From Candidatus Roseilinea sp. (GTDB lineage Bacteria > Chloroflexota > Anaerolineae > J036 > Brachytrichaceae): 64,000 nt of DNA. The translations under genes and the position numbers were made by a program. Of this stretch, positions 18,844 through 27,651 are shown piece after piece (the first letter of the stretch is position 1; every line of letters starts with the position of its first letter). The stretch is from NCBI GenBank assembly GCA_026003755.1, contig BPHV01000001.1, positions 654,393 through 718,392 of the forward strand. Reading direction: 5' to 3'. A model generated the notes under the pieces. The model was not told where the DNA came from and searched no databases. It saw nothing but the letters and a program-made list of their open reading frames with translations.

Positions 18844-19932
18844 TCAGTCAGCATGAACCTTGCCGTCGGTCGCCCGCCCGCGCCCGTCATGCGTGACGTG
18901 CGCGATCACCTGCGCCGCCTCGACCACCTCGTCGCGCGAGACGTAGCAGTGCGTCACGGCGCGGATGCGGCGCGGGCCGGTTGGCAGCAGCTTCACCCGT
19001 TCGGCGGCAGCGCGCTTGCACAACTCGGCGGCGTCGAACGGCAAAGCCGGATCGAGGTCGAAATACACCATGTTAGTCTTCACTTCGGCCAGGTTGACAT
19101 GCAACCCCTCGACGCAGGCGATGCCCTCAGCCAGGATGCGCGCGTTGGCGTGGTCGTCGCGCAGGCGCTCGACCATCTGCTCCAGGGCCACCAGGCCGGC
19201 CGCGGCGATCACGCCGGCCTGGCGCATGCCCCCGCCCAGCGCCTTGCGCCGTTTGTGCGCAAGGCGAATGAACTCCTGCGACCCACATAGCACGCTGCCG
19301 ACCGGGCCGCTCAGCCCTTTGCTCAGGCAAAACGTCACGCTATCGGCGCACTGCGCCAGGGCTTTCACATCCACGTTCTGCGCCACAGCCGCGTTGAAGA
19401 TGCGCGCGCCGTCAATGTGCAGCTTCAATCCGCGCGCATGGGCGAGATCGGCAACCTGGCGCGTGTACTCCGGTGTGAGATAGGCACCGCCCATGCGATT
19501 GTGCGTATTCTCCAGCGCAATCACGCGGGCCGGCGCAAAATGGGCGTTGTCGGGGCGAATGGCCGCTTCGATGTCTTCCAGCCGGAGCGAGCCGTCCGGT
19601 TGGTTGGGAACGACATACGGCAAGATGCCGCCGATGGCGGCCAGTCCGCCGGCCTCGTTGGTGTAGACATGCGACCCATCGCCAACGATCGCTGCGTCGC
19701 CGCGTCCGCAGTGCGCGAGCAGCGCTGTCAGGTTGCCCATCGTCCCGCTGCTGACCAGCAACGCCGCCTCGTGGCCCAACTTCTCGGCCGCCAGCTCCTG
19801 CAGCGCGTTGACCGTGCGGTCTTCGCCGAACACGTCGTCGCCCACTTCGGCGGTTGCCATCGCCTCGCGCATGGCCGGCGTGGGGATGGTCAACGTGTCG
19901 GATCGGAGGTCAATGAAGCCGTTGAGCGCCAT
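18844..19932 (-). CDS. ltaE: low-specificity L-threonine aldolase
   Basis: Opens IDLRSDTLTIPTPAMREAMATAEVGDDVFGEDRTVNALQ and has the PLP-lysine region FCLSKGLSGPVGS. Confidence 0.85.
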   Translation of the reverse strand: MALNGFIDLRSDTLTIPTPAMREAMATAEVGDDVFGEDRTVNALQELAAEKLGHEAALLVSSGTMGNLTALLAHCGRGDAAIVGDGSHVYTNEAGGLAAIGGILPYVVPNQPDGSLRLEDIEAAIRPDNAHFAPARVIALENTHNRMGGAYLTPEYTRQVADLAHARGLKLHIDGARIFNAAVAQNVDVKALAQCADSVTFCLSKGLSGPVGSVLCGSQEFIRLAHKRRKALGGGMRQAGVIAAAGLVALEQMVERLRDDHANARILAEGIACVEGLHVNLAEVKTNMVYFDLDPALPFDAAELCKRAAAERVKLLPTGPRRIRAVTHCYVSRDEVVEAAQVIAHVTHDGRGRATDGKVHAD

Positions 19933-20120
19933 GCGCGGATTCTAGCGCGGACTCACCTCACAGGGCGCTTTTGGGGGCATGCGTCAACGGGGGCAGCAGT
20001 GTGCGCTGGGCGCGTTCTGCCCCATTCGGACACAGATAGGCGCGGGACGGAGTCCAAGCACGGGGCGACTCCTGGGCGCGCCGGGGCGCTTCTGCGCTAT
20101 ACTTGGCCACGAGGTGACCG

Positions 20121-20810
20121 ATGGGATGGATTCGCGCGTTGAGTGATCGGGCAATCCGCACGCCGGCGCCGGCCTGGTCGGCGTTCGGCGCGTGTGTTTT
20201 TGCGTTCGTCTTCGGCACGGTCGGCTGGTATGGCAGCTTCTTCGGCGAGGTCAACGCGCCGCTATGGGCATACCCGTTCATCCCCGATTGTCCGCTGGCG
20301 GCGCTGATGTTCGGCATCGCCTTCATCCTGATGCACCTGAACCGCACCAGCAACCTGCTCAACCAGCTCGCAGCGGTGTTCTGCATCAAATACGGCGTGT
20401 GGACGATGTCGTTCTGGGCGCTGTACTGGGTGCGCACCGGCAACGTCGAACTCGGCGGCGTGTTCAGCGGGCCGGTGATGTTCGTCACGCACCTCGGGCT
20501 GACGATCATGGGGCTGTTGCTGCTGCAATACGTGCGGCCCAGCGTACGCGACTCGCTCCTCACGTTCGGGTGGTTCGTGCTCAGTGACATCGTGGACTAC
20601 GCGCCGATCGCGCCTGGTCGGTGGGGCGGCTATGGCTACTACCCACCCCTGCCTTGGATCAACGGCGATCCGGCGGCGCTCACGCCGGCCATGATGTGGA
20701 ACGCCATCGTCATGACCTGGCTGGCGAACGGACTGTTGTTGATCCGCGCGCTGGTCCATCGCCACCAGGTCGCGAAGCAGCCCGCGCCGGCGCGCGCATC
20801 AGCGCGGTGA
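20121..20810 (+). CDS. DUF1405-like integral membrane protein
   Basis: Multi-pass membrane ORF. The FIPDCPLAAL motif and overall layout recall YpjA/DUF1405 proteins. This is recognition from memory only. Confidence 0.5.
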   Translation: MGWIRALSDRAIRTPAPAWSAFGACVFAFVFGTVGWYGSFFGEVNAPLWAYPFIPDCPLAALMFGIAFILMHLNRTSNLLNQLAAVFCIKYGVWTMSFWALYWVRTGNVELGGVFSGPVMFVTHLGLTIMGLLLLQYVRPSVRDSLLTFGWFVLSDIVDYAPIAPGRWGGYGYYPPLPWINGDPAALTPAMMWNAIVMTWLANGLLLIRALVHRHQVAKQPAPARASAR

Positions 20811-20824
20811 CCCCGGGCGCGGCT

Positions 20825-22114
20825 TCAGATCGGCCGGCGCTCGATCTGCGCGCCGATGGCGCGCAGCTTCTCCTCGAAGCGCTCGTAACCGCGATCGATC
20901 TGCTGCACGTTCTGGATCACGCTCTCGCCCTCGGCACAGAGCGCGGCGATCACCAGCGCGACGCCGGCGCGAATGTCCGGGCTTTGCACGCGCTCGCCGC
21001 GCAGCCGGCTGGGCCCTTGCACCACACAGCGGTGCGGGTCGCACAGCACGATGCGCGCCCCCATGCTGATGAGCTTGTCCACCCAGTACAGGCGGCTCTC
21101 GTACATCTTCTCGTGGAATAGCACGCTGCCCTCGGCCTGGGTGGCGGCCACGATGGCCGAGCTGATGGCGTCGGCGGGAAAGGCCGGCCAGGGGTTGTCG
21201 TCAATTTTCGGCATATAGCCGTCGAACTCCGGCTCGACCACCAGGCGCTGATTGCCCGGCACGAAGACGTCCGCGCCGCGCGCCTCGAAGTGGATGCCGA
21301 GCCGGCGCAGCACCAGCCGCGTCATGCCCAGGTGCTGTGGGTCGGCGTTGCGGATCCACAGCCCCTGCGCGTCGGCACACAGCGCGCCGATGACGATGAA
21401 GCTGGTGACCTCGATGTTGTCCGCGCCGATGGTGAACTCCGCCCCGCCCAGCCGGTCGCAGCCGTGAATCACCAGCGTGTTCGAGCCGATGTGCTCGATG
21501 TGCGCTCCCATGCGATTCAAGCAGCGGCACAGGTCTTGTACGTGTGGCTCGCTGGCGGCATTGCGCAGCACCGTGACGCCCTTCGCCAGCGCCGCCGCCA
21601 TGATGGCGTTTTCGGTAGCCGTCACGCTGGCTTCGTCGAGCAGAATATCGGCTCCGGTCAGGCCGGAAGTGCTGATCTGAAATTCGCCGTTGACGCTGAT
21701 GCTTGCGCCGAGGGCGTTGAAGGCGAGGAAGTGTGTGTCGAGCCGGCGGCGGCCGATCACATCGCCACCCGGCGGCGGCAGGTTGATGCCGCCCACGCGC
21801 CCCAGCATCGGGCCGGCCAGCAAGATGCTGGCGCGAATCTCTCGGCACAAGTCGCGACTCAGCGCGCGGGCATTCACGTCGGCCGCCTGTAGGCGCAGGC
21901 TATTGGGCGCAATCCACTCCACCGACACGCCGAGCGTCTGCAGCAGGCGCGCCATGATTTCCACATCACGGATGCGCGGCACATTGTGCAGGATCAGCGG
22001 CTCTTCGGTAAGCAAGCTGGCAGCCAGCAGCGGCAGCGCCGCATTTTTGTTGCCGGAAGCAACGACCTCGCCGTGCAAGCGAGCGCCGCCGTGGATGACG
22101 AACTCTGCATTCAT
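20825..22114 (-). CDS. murA: UDP-N-acetylglucosamine 1-carboxyvinyltransferase
   Basis: 429-aa ORF opening GGARLHGEVVASGNKNAALPLLAASLLTEEPLILHNVPRIRDV. Confidence 0.95.
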   Translation of the reverse strand: MNAEFVIHGGARLHGEVVASGNKNAALPLLAASLLTEEPLILHNVPRIRDVEIMARLLQTLGVSVEWIAPNSLRLQAADVNARALSRDLCREIRASILLAGPMLGRVGGINLPPPGGDVIGRRRLDTHFLAFNALGASISVNGEFQISTSGLTGADILLDEASVTATENAIMAAALAKGVTVLRNAASEPHVQDLCRCLNRMGAHIEHIGSNTLVIHGCDRLGGAEFTIGADNIEVTSFIVIGALCADAQGLWIRNADPQHLGMTRLVLRRLGIHFEARGADVFVPGNQRLVVEPEFDGYMPKIDDNPWPAFPADAISSAIVAATQAEGSVLFHEKMYESRLYWVDKLISMGARIVLCDPHRCVVQGPSRLRGERVQSPDIRAGVALVIAALCAEGESVIQNVQQIDRGYERFEEKLRAIGAQIERRPI

Positions 22115-22147
22115 AACGGTTAGACCGCGTCAGATGTGAACCGGCGT

Positions 22148-22184
22148 GAAAAAGCGTCGCTTGCCGTCTAGGACGGCAAGCGAC
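22148..22184 (-). terminator. rho-independent terminator after the pdh operon
   Basis: Minus strand reads GTCGCTTGCCGTC-CTA-GACGGCAAGCGAC followed by GCTTTTTCAC. It lies 19 nt after the E2 stop. Confidence 0.7.
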
Positions 22185-22202
22185 ACCCGGGGCGCGTGAG
22201 CG

Positions 22203-23507
22203 CTAGAGCACCAAGCTCCAGGGATTTTCGAGCAGACGCTTAATCTCGTTGATGAACTGCGCGCCCTCGGCGCCGTCGGTCAGGCGGTGATCGGCGGAGA
22301 GCGTCATGTTCATCATCGTGCGGATCACGATCTCGCCGTTGCGCACCACCGGGGTCGGCGTTGCCGTCGCCACGGCCAAGATGCCGGCGTCGGGCTGGTT
22401 GACGATGGCGATGAAGTTCTCCACGTTATACATGCCCAGGTTGCTGATGGTGAACGTCTGCCCACCCGTATCACCCGGCTGCATCTTGTTGCTCCGCGCG
22501 CGCTCCGCCAACGCAGCCATCTCCTGGCCGATCTGCTTGAGCGTCTTCTTGTCGGCGTCGCGCACAGTCACCGTCACCAGCCCCCCTTCGACCGTCACGG
22601 CGCTCGCGACGTGCACGTCATCGCGCCTCTGAATGCCCTCTGCCGTGAATGCGGCGTTCATGTTGGGGAAGCGGCGGAGCGCCAGCGCGACGGCGCGGAT
22701 GACCATGTCGTTCACCGAGACCTTCACTCCCTCCGGCTTCAGCGACTCGTTGATCTGAGCGCGCAACGCTAAGGCGGCGTCCATCTCCACGGCTACCGTG
22801 ATGTAGAAGTGCGGCACCTGCTGCTTGCTGGCGACCATGCGCGCCGCGATGGTCTGGCGCATGCGAGTGAGCGGTTGCATCACGCTGGGCGCGGCAGGCG
22901 CTGCGGCCTGGGCGACCGGCGTGGGTTGCGGCGCCGGCTCAGGCGCCTTGACGGCCGGGCTGGCCGTCGGCTTGCTCACCGGCTCCGGCGCAGGCGGCGA
23001 CGGCACAAACGCCTCGACGTCGGCCTTGGTGATGCGGCCATCCGGGCCGGTGCCTTTTACGTAGCGCAGGTCAATGCCGCGCTCCTCGGCCAGGCGCCGG
23101 GCGACCGGCGTCGCGATAATCCGCCCCTGATGAACGACTTGCGGCGCAGCAACGGCCGGCTGCATCCGCGGTCCGGTTGGGGGTGCCGCGTTCGACTGCG
23201 GCGCATCCGGCGTCGGTTGAGACGCCGACTGCGGCGAAGCGGATGGCGGCGCGCCCGCGATAGGTTCATCCGGGGCGGCGATGATGCCGATGACCTGGCC
23301 CACAGGGACTTTTTGGCCGGCTTGCGCGAGGATCTTGCGCAATACGCCGCTGCTGAACGACTCAATCTGGATGGTCGTCTTGTCGGTTTCGATCTCTGCG
23401 ATCGGCTCGCCTTTCGCCACGGGATCGCCTTCCTTCTTTAACCAAGCGGCGATCGTGCCCTCGGTCATGTCGAACCCCATCTGGGGCATGGTGATTTCTG
23501 TAGCCAT
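22203..23507 (-). CDS. pdhC: dihydrolipoamide acetyltransferase (E2)
   Basis: Lipoyl domain with IETDKTT, Ala/Pro linkers, a subunit-binding domain (ATPVARRLAEERGIDL) and the catalytic SADHRLTDG motif. Confidence 0.9.
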   Translation of the reverse strand: MATEITMPQMGFDMTEGTIAAWLKKEGDPVAKGEPIAEIETDKTTIQIESFSSGVLRKILAQAGQKVPVGQVIGIIAAPDEPIAGAPPSASPQSASQPTPDAPQSNAAPPTGPRMQPAVAAPQVVHQGRIIATPVARRLAEERGIDLRYVKGTGPDGRITKADVEAFVPSPPAPEPVSKPTASPAVKAPEPAPQPTPVAQAAAPAAPSVMQPLTRMRQTIAARMVASKQQVPHFYITVAVEMDAALALRAQINESLKPEGVKVSVNDMVIRAVALALRRFPNMNAAFTAEGIQRRDDVHVASAVTVEGGLVTVTVRDADKKTLKQIGQEMAALAERARSNKMQPGDTGGQTFTISNLGMYNVENFIAIVNQPDAGILAVATATPTPVVRNGEIVIRTMMNMTLSADHRLTDGAEGAQFINEIKRLLENPWSLVL

Positions 23508-23583
23508 GTTTTGGAACGCAGAACTGAGCAGCGAGAATTCGTCAAGAGGATATGCTCGTGTTTTGCTCGCTCGGTGCTCGATT

Positions 23584-24567
23584 TTAGTATTGCTTCTGCA
23601 TCATCGCGTGCACGGCGGCGATCACATCTTCCGCGAACGGGAGCGTTGCGCGCTCCAGGTTTCTCGCGTAAGGCATCGGCACTTCCAAGCCGGCCACACG
23701 CGCGATCGGTGCGTCCAGGTCGTTGAACGCCATTTCCTGTAACGACGCGGCGATCTCCGCGCCCAAGCCAGCCGTGCGCCAGCCCTCTTCAACCACGATG
23801 ACGCGGTTGGTCTTGTGGACGGATTCCAGCGCCAGCGATAGGTCGAGCGGGCGCAGCGTGCGCAGGTCCACAACCTCGACGTCTATGCCCTCTTCGGCCA
23901 GGATGCGCGCGGCTTTCAGGCTCTCCATCGTCATACGCCCCCAGGTCACGATGGTCACGTCCTTGCCCCGCCGCTTGTAGTCCGATACACCGATGGGGAT
24001 CAGGTATTCCTCATCGGGAACCTCGCCGCGCGTGCCGTAGAGCTGCAGGTGCTCCAAAAATACGACCGGGTCGTCATCGCGGATGCTGGTCTTCAGCAGT
24101 CCTTTGGCATCGTAGGGTGTGGACGGCGCGACCACTTTCAAGCCGGGGACATGGGCGAACCAGGCGTCGAAGTTCTGCGAGTGCGTTGCCGCAGTGCGGC
24201 CGTGGCCGTTGGGCGTGCGGATGACCATCGGCACTTTGATCTGGCCGTTGAACATGTGGCTTTGCTTAGCGGCGTGGTTGACGATCTGATCCCAGGCCAC
24301 GAGCGTGAAGTTGACGGTCATGATCTCGCACACCGGCCGCATCCCCCCCATGGCGGCGCCGATGCCGACGCCGATGATCGCCTCTTCGGCGATAGGCGTA
24401 TCGCGCACACGTCCGGGGAATTCTTTGGCCAGGCCAGAAGTGACGCCGTATGCGCCACCGCCCGCGTAGGCCACCACATCTTCACCCCAGATCACAACGG
24501 TGGGATCGCGCTGCATCTCCTCACGCAGCGCACGCTTCAATGCTTCGCGATAAGTGATTTCTGCCAT
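23584..24567 (-). CDS. pdhB: pyruvate/2-oxoacid dehydrogenase E1 beta subunit
   Basis: 327-aa ORF with a typical E1 beta sequence (ITYREALKRALREEMQRDPTVVIWGEDV...). Confidence 0.9.
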   Translation of the reverse strand: MAEITYREALKRALREEMQRDPTVVIWGEDVVAYAGGGAYGVTSGLAKEFPGRVRDTPIAEEAIIGVGIGAAMGGMRPVCEIMTVNFTLVAWDQIVNHAAKQSHMFNGQIKVPMVIRTPNGHGRTAATHSQNFDAWFAHVPGLKVVAPSTPYDAKGLLKTSIRDDDPVVFLEHLQLYGTRGEVPDEEYLIPIGVSDYKRRGKDVTIVTWGRMTMESLKAARILAEEGIDVEVVDLRTLRPLDLSLALESVHKTNRVIVVEEGWRTAGLGAEIAASLQEMAFNDLDAPIARVAGLEVPMPYARNLERATLPFAEDVIAAVHAMMQKQY

Positions 24568-24570
24568 GGC

Positions 24571-25611
24571 TCATGCGTGTTTGCCGTTCGTCGGGATGTC
24601 TTTTGCAATCGTGGGCGGGCGGATGAGCGAGCCGGCGATTTGCATGTTCCGCACGGGTTGTTGGTAGATGTAATCGTAGAGCGTGTCCAGCGCAGGCTCC
24701 GGGCTCTTATCGGCGAACTCGATCGCGTCTTCGACTTCACGCTCGACGCTCTCTCGGATGTCCTCGAGTTCCTTTGGCGTGACCAGGTTGCGCTTGAGTA
24801 GCACGTCTGTCGCGAATCGCACGATCGGGTCGCGCTCCCTCCACTGCGCAATCTCGGCCTTGTCACGCTGCACATCAGGATCGGCCATCGAGTGGCCGCG
24901 GTAGCGATAGGTGACGACGTTGAGGAAGGAAGGCCCTTCGCCTTTGCGCGCGCGCTCTGCCACGCGGCACACGGCCTCGCGCACCGCCATCACGTCCATG
25001 CCATCCACTTCTTCGGCATACATGTTGTAGCCGGCAGCCTTCTGGAGCATCGGCACAGCGCTGTGCACATCGTAGTGCGTCCCCATCGCGTACTGGTTGT
25101 TCTCGACCAGGAAGATGACCGGCAAGTTCCACAGCTTGGCCCAGTTCAGGGCAGCGTGGAAGGTGCCGATGTTGGTCGAGCCGTCGCCCATCGAGCAGAG
25201 CGTCACCCGGCCGGTCTTGAGATACTGCGCTGCTGCGGCCAAACCGGCTGCCAGCGGCAAGTGGCCGCCGACGATGGCGTAGCCGCCCCAGAAGCGGTTC
25301 TTCACGTCCACCAGGTGCATCGAGCCGCCGCGCCCGCCGGTCGTGCCTGTCGCGCGCCCGAACAGCTCGGCCATCACTGCGCGCGCGGACGAACCGCGCG
25401 CCAGCGCCCAGCCGTGATCGCGATAGTTGACCACCACATCGTCATCGGGATGCAACGCCGAGACCGACCCAACCGCGACCGCCTCTTGCCCGTTGTAGAG
25501 GTGCAAGAAGCCGGCGATCTTAGCTTTGGCATACATCTCCGCAGCGCGATCCTCGAACACGCGGATGAGGACCATTTGCCGGTAGAGTGCAACGAGATTC
25601 TCTTTATCCAT
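24571..25611 (-). CDS. pdhA: pyruvate/2-oxoacid dehydrogenase E1 alpha subunit
   Basis: TPP motif GDGSTNIGTFHAALNWAKLWNLPVIFLVENN. RBS GGAGAAGGAA lies upstream. Confidence 0.9.
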   Translation of the reverse strand: MDKENLVALYRQMVLIRVFEDRAAEMYAKAKIAGFLHLYNGQEAVAVGSVSALHPDDDVVVNYRDHGWALARGSSARAVMAELFGRATGTTGGRGGSMHLVDVKNRFWGGYAIVGGHLPLAAGLAAAAQYLKTGRVTLCSMGDGSTNIGTFHAALNWAKLWNLPVIFLVENNQYAMGTHYDVHSAVPMLQKAAGYNMYAEEVDGMDVMAVREAVCRVAERARKGEGPSFLNVVTYRYRGHSMADPDVQRDKAEIAQWRERDPIVRFATDVLLKRNLVTPKELEDIRESVEREVEDAIEFADKSPEPALDTLYDYIYQQPVRNMQIAGSLIRPPTIAKDIPTNGKHA

Positions 25612-25887
25612 TCCTTCTCCGTAAAGACATTTCTCCTCGACATGCGCCGAGCCGGCTCATGCGCCCACCGGATTCCTTATCGAATTGAACAAAGCCAGGG
25701 CGCTCGCACGCGAGCCGAAGCGCTTACTCGGCGTTGATAGGTAGAACACCACATCGCCGCCGGTGATTCATCGCAGCGCAGCAACGCGGATGCGCTTGAA
25801 CGAAGACGTATAGAGCGCCGGAGCGCGCAGATATTGTACGCATGCCCACGCAGGCCGAACCGCTCAGGCAGGGGGCCATCGGCTCCT

Positions 25888-26445
25888 TCAGCCTTTCGCC
25901 AGCGTCACATTGCTCACGCCGGCCAGGGCATTTTCATACAAACTCAGCACGAACAACAGCGATGACAGGCGATTGAGATAGCGCACCAACTCCACGTTCT
26001 CCACGAGGCCATCGTGCACCAGATGCACGACCAGGCGTTCTGCACGACGAACGACAGTGCGCGCCAGGTCGAGGTACGCGCCCGGCAGCGAATCGCCCGG
26101 CACGACGAATTCTTTGGGAAGCTGGATCAACGCGGTGATGGCGTCAGTCTGCTCTTCCAGCCAGGCTACGCGCTGCGCGTCTATTTTGCGAAATTGCGGC
26201 GCCGCCTGTTGTGTAGCAGCCAGCTCGGCCATCAGGTGATATAGATCGCGCTGGGCCGTGAGCAACAGCGCGCGCGTGCGTTCGCTCTGCGCTGCAGCGC
26301 GCGCGATGCCAATGGCGGCGCTCGATTCGTCCACCGTGCCGTATGCTTCCGGCTGCGGCGTATATTTGGCGACGCGCCCTTCGCCAAGCAAGTTGGTGAA
26401 GCCATCGTCCCCGGTGCGCGTGTAAAGCCGATTGACCATGACCAT
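25888..26445 (-). CDS. PduO-type ATP:cob(I)alamin adenosyltransferase
   Basis: From ATG 26445 (or 26439) it reads MVMVNRLYTRTGDDGFTNLLG ... VVPGDSLPGAYLDLARTVVRRAER. Confidence 0.85.
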   Translation of the reverse strand: MVMVNRLYTRTGDDGFTNLLGEGRVAKYTPQPEAYGTVDESSAAIGIARAAAQSERTRALLLTAQRDLYHLMAELAATQQAAPQFRKIDAQRVAWLEEQTDAITALIQLPKEFVVPGDSLPGAYLDLARTVVRRAERLVVHLVHDGLVENVELVRYLNRLSSLLFVLSLYENALAGVSNVTLAKG

Positions 26446-26448
26446 GAC

Positions 26449-26454
26449 ATTATA
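26449..26454 (-). promoter_or_regulatory. candidate -10 box (TATAAT) abutting the adenosyltransferase start
   Basis: Minus strand reads TATAAT, then GTC ATG GTC ATG. The ATG codons lie 3 and 9 nt downstream. Confidence 0.3.
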
Positions 26455-26473
26455 GGGGGTGGAGCTACATCGG

Positions 26474-26479
26474 TATAAT
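26474..26479 (+). promoter_or_regulatory. candidate -10 box (TATAAT) 6 nt before GTG 26486, suggesting a leaderless mRNA
   Basis: Sequence is cggTATAATttcgctGTGttgcct. Confidence 0.35.
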
Positions 26480-26485
26480 TTCGCT

Positions 26486-27464
26486 GTGTTGCCTCGCGCG
26501 TCGCTTACGCATGCTGCCGGCCTGCTCGCCTCACTGATGATCTCCGGCTGTTCAGGCGCAGTGAGCAACCAGCCGCCGACGCTGCCCCCTACGGTCACCT
26601 TGCCCACCCCACGGCCCACGCTTACTCCACGGCCCACGCCCACGCTCGCCGCAGCAACGCCGCCGGCGCCCAGTCAACCGGCCGCCACGCCCACGCCGGT
26701 GGTCTACATCGTGCAAGCCGGCGACACACTTATCCCCATCGCAAATCGCTTCGGCGTGAGCGTCGCCGACCTGATCGCTGCCAACGGCAACCTCGACGCT
26801 ACGCGCCTGCAAATCGGCCAACGGTTGATCATCCCGCAGTTGCGACAGTCGGCCCCATCCGACGGCTCACTCATCCCCCTCGCCAACGCCGGTGCCCTTA
26901 TGAGATACGCAGCTTGAATTCCGTCCGCTCGCCGGCGGGCAGCCTGGATGTGATGGGTGAAGTGTTCAACCCCGGGCCGACGGGGGATGAGCAACGTGAA
27001 GGTGCTGGTGACGCTCCAAGACGACGCCGGCAACGCGCTGCAGAGCGCCGTCGCCTCGATCCCCCTCAGCGCTGTCCCGGCCAACCAGACCTCGCCATTC
27101 CGCGTGTTATTCACCAACCCTCCCCCAGGCTTCACCAAGTTCGTCGTGGTGCCGCTGCGCGCAGAAGCCGTAGACCCCCGCGCCTTCATCATCCCGCTCG
27201 CCGTCAGAAACGTAATCGGCCGGCCCGACGGGCCGCAGTTCCGCGTCACCGGCGAGATTGCCAACATCACCGCCGATACGGCCAACCAAGTGCGCCTGAT
27301 GGTGACGATCTACGACGCCGAGCGGCGCGTGGGTGGGCTACCGCTACTTCGCCCTGAGCGAGGCACCACTGGGGCCAAACGGCGTCTTGCCCTTCGACGT
27401 GCTGCTGACCACGGCGACGCCCAACGTTGCCAGCTTCGCCGTGTACGCCGAGGGCGCGCGGTGA
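26486..27464 (+). pseudogene. LysM + FxLYD-like domain lipoprotein spread over three frames (three 1-nt frame breaks at C/G runs)
   Basis: Opens (GTG)LPRASLTHAAGLLASLMISGC with a lipobox. LysM domain is YIVQAGDTLIPIANRFGVSVADLIAANG. The sequence continues as PYEIRSLNSVRSPAGSLDVMGEVFNPGPTG (frame 1), then MSNVKVLVTLQDDAGNAL...IYDAERRV (frame 2), then VGYRYFALSEAPLGPNGVLPFDVLLTTATPNVASFAVYAEGAR* (frame 0). Confidence 0.65.
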
Positions 27465-27651
27465 TGTCACGCCGCGGGCTGGGCTTGTCGAGGCCCACAG
27501 CAGTTGCGGGCCAAATTGCCTGCGGGTAGAATTCAGGCGCTCGCTTCGTTCAGCTCCCGTCCAAGTCCGCGCGCTCAATCATTCCCGGTTGCCGGCCGTC
27601 CATCGCCCCCGCCCATCATCGCCTGCGGCCGGCCCGAGATAGCAACGCGAT

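Noticed and set aside
22203-25611. The PDH operon lacks an E3 (lpd) gene, and E1 alpha has a ~30-aa C-terminal tail.
   Set aside because: E3 is frequently encoded elsewhere and shared among 2-oxoacid dehydrogenases. The tail is short and low in information. Neither is distinctive enough to flag.
25612-25887. The 276-nt region upstream of pdhA as a possible riboswitch or sRNA.
   Set aside because: I could find only a 10-nt palindrome (GAGCCGGCTC) and a duplicated GCGCATG. No recognisable riboswitch consensus or terminator/antiterminator pair was present.
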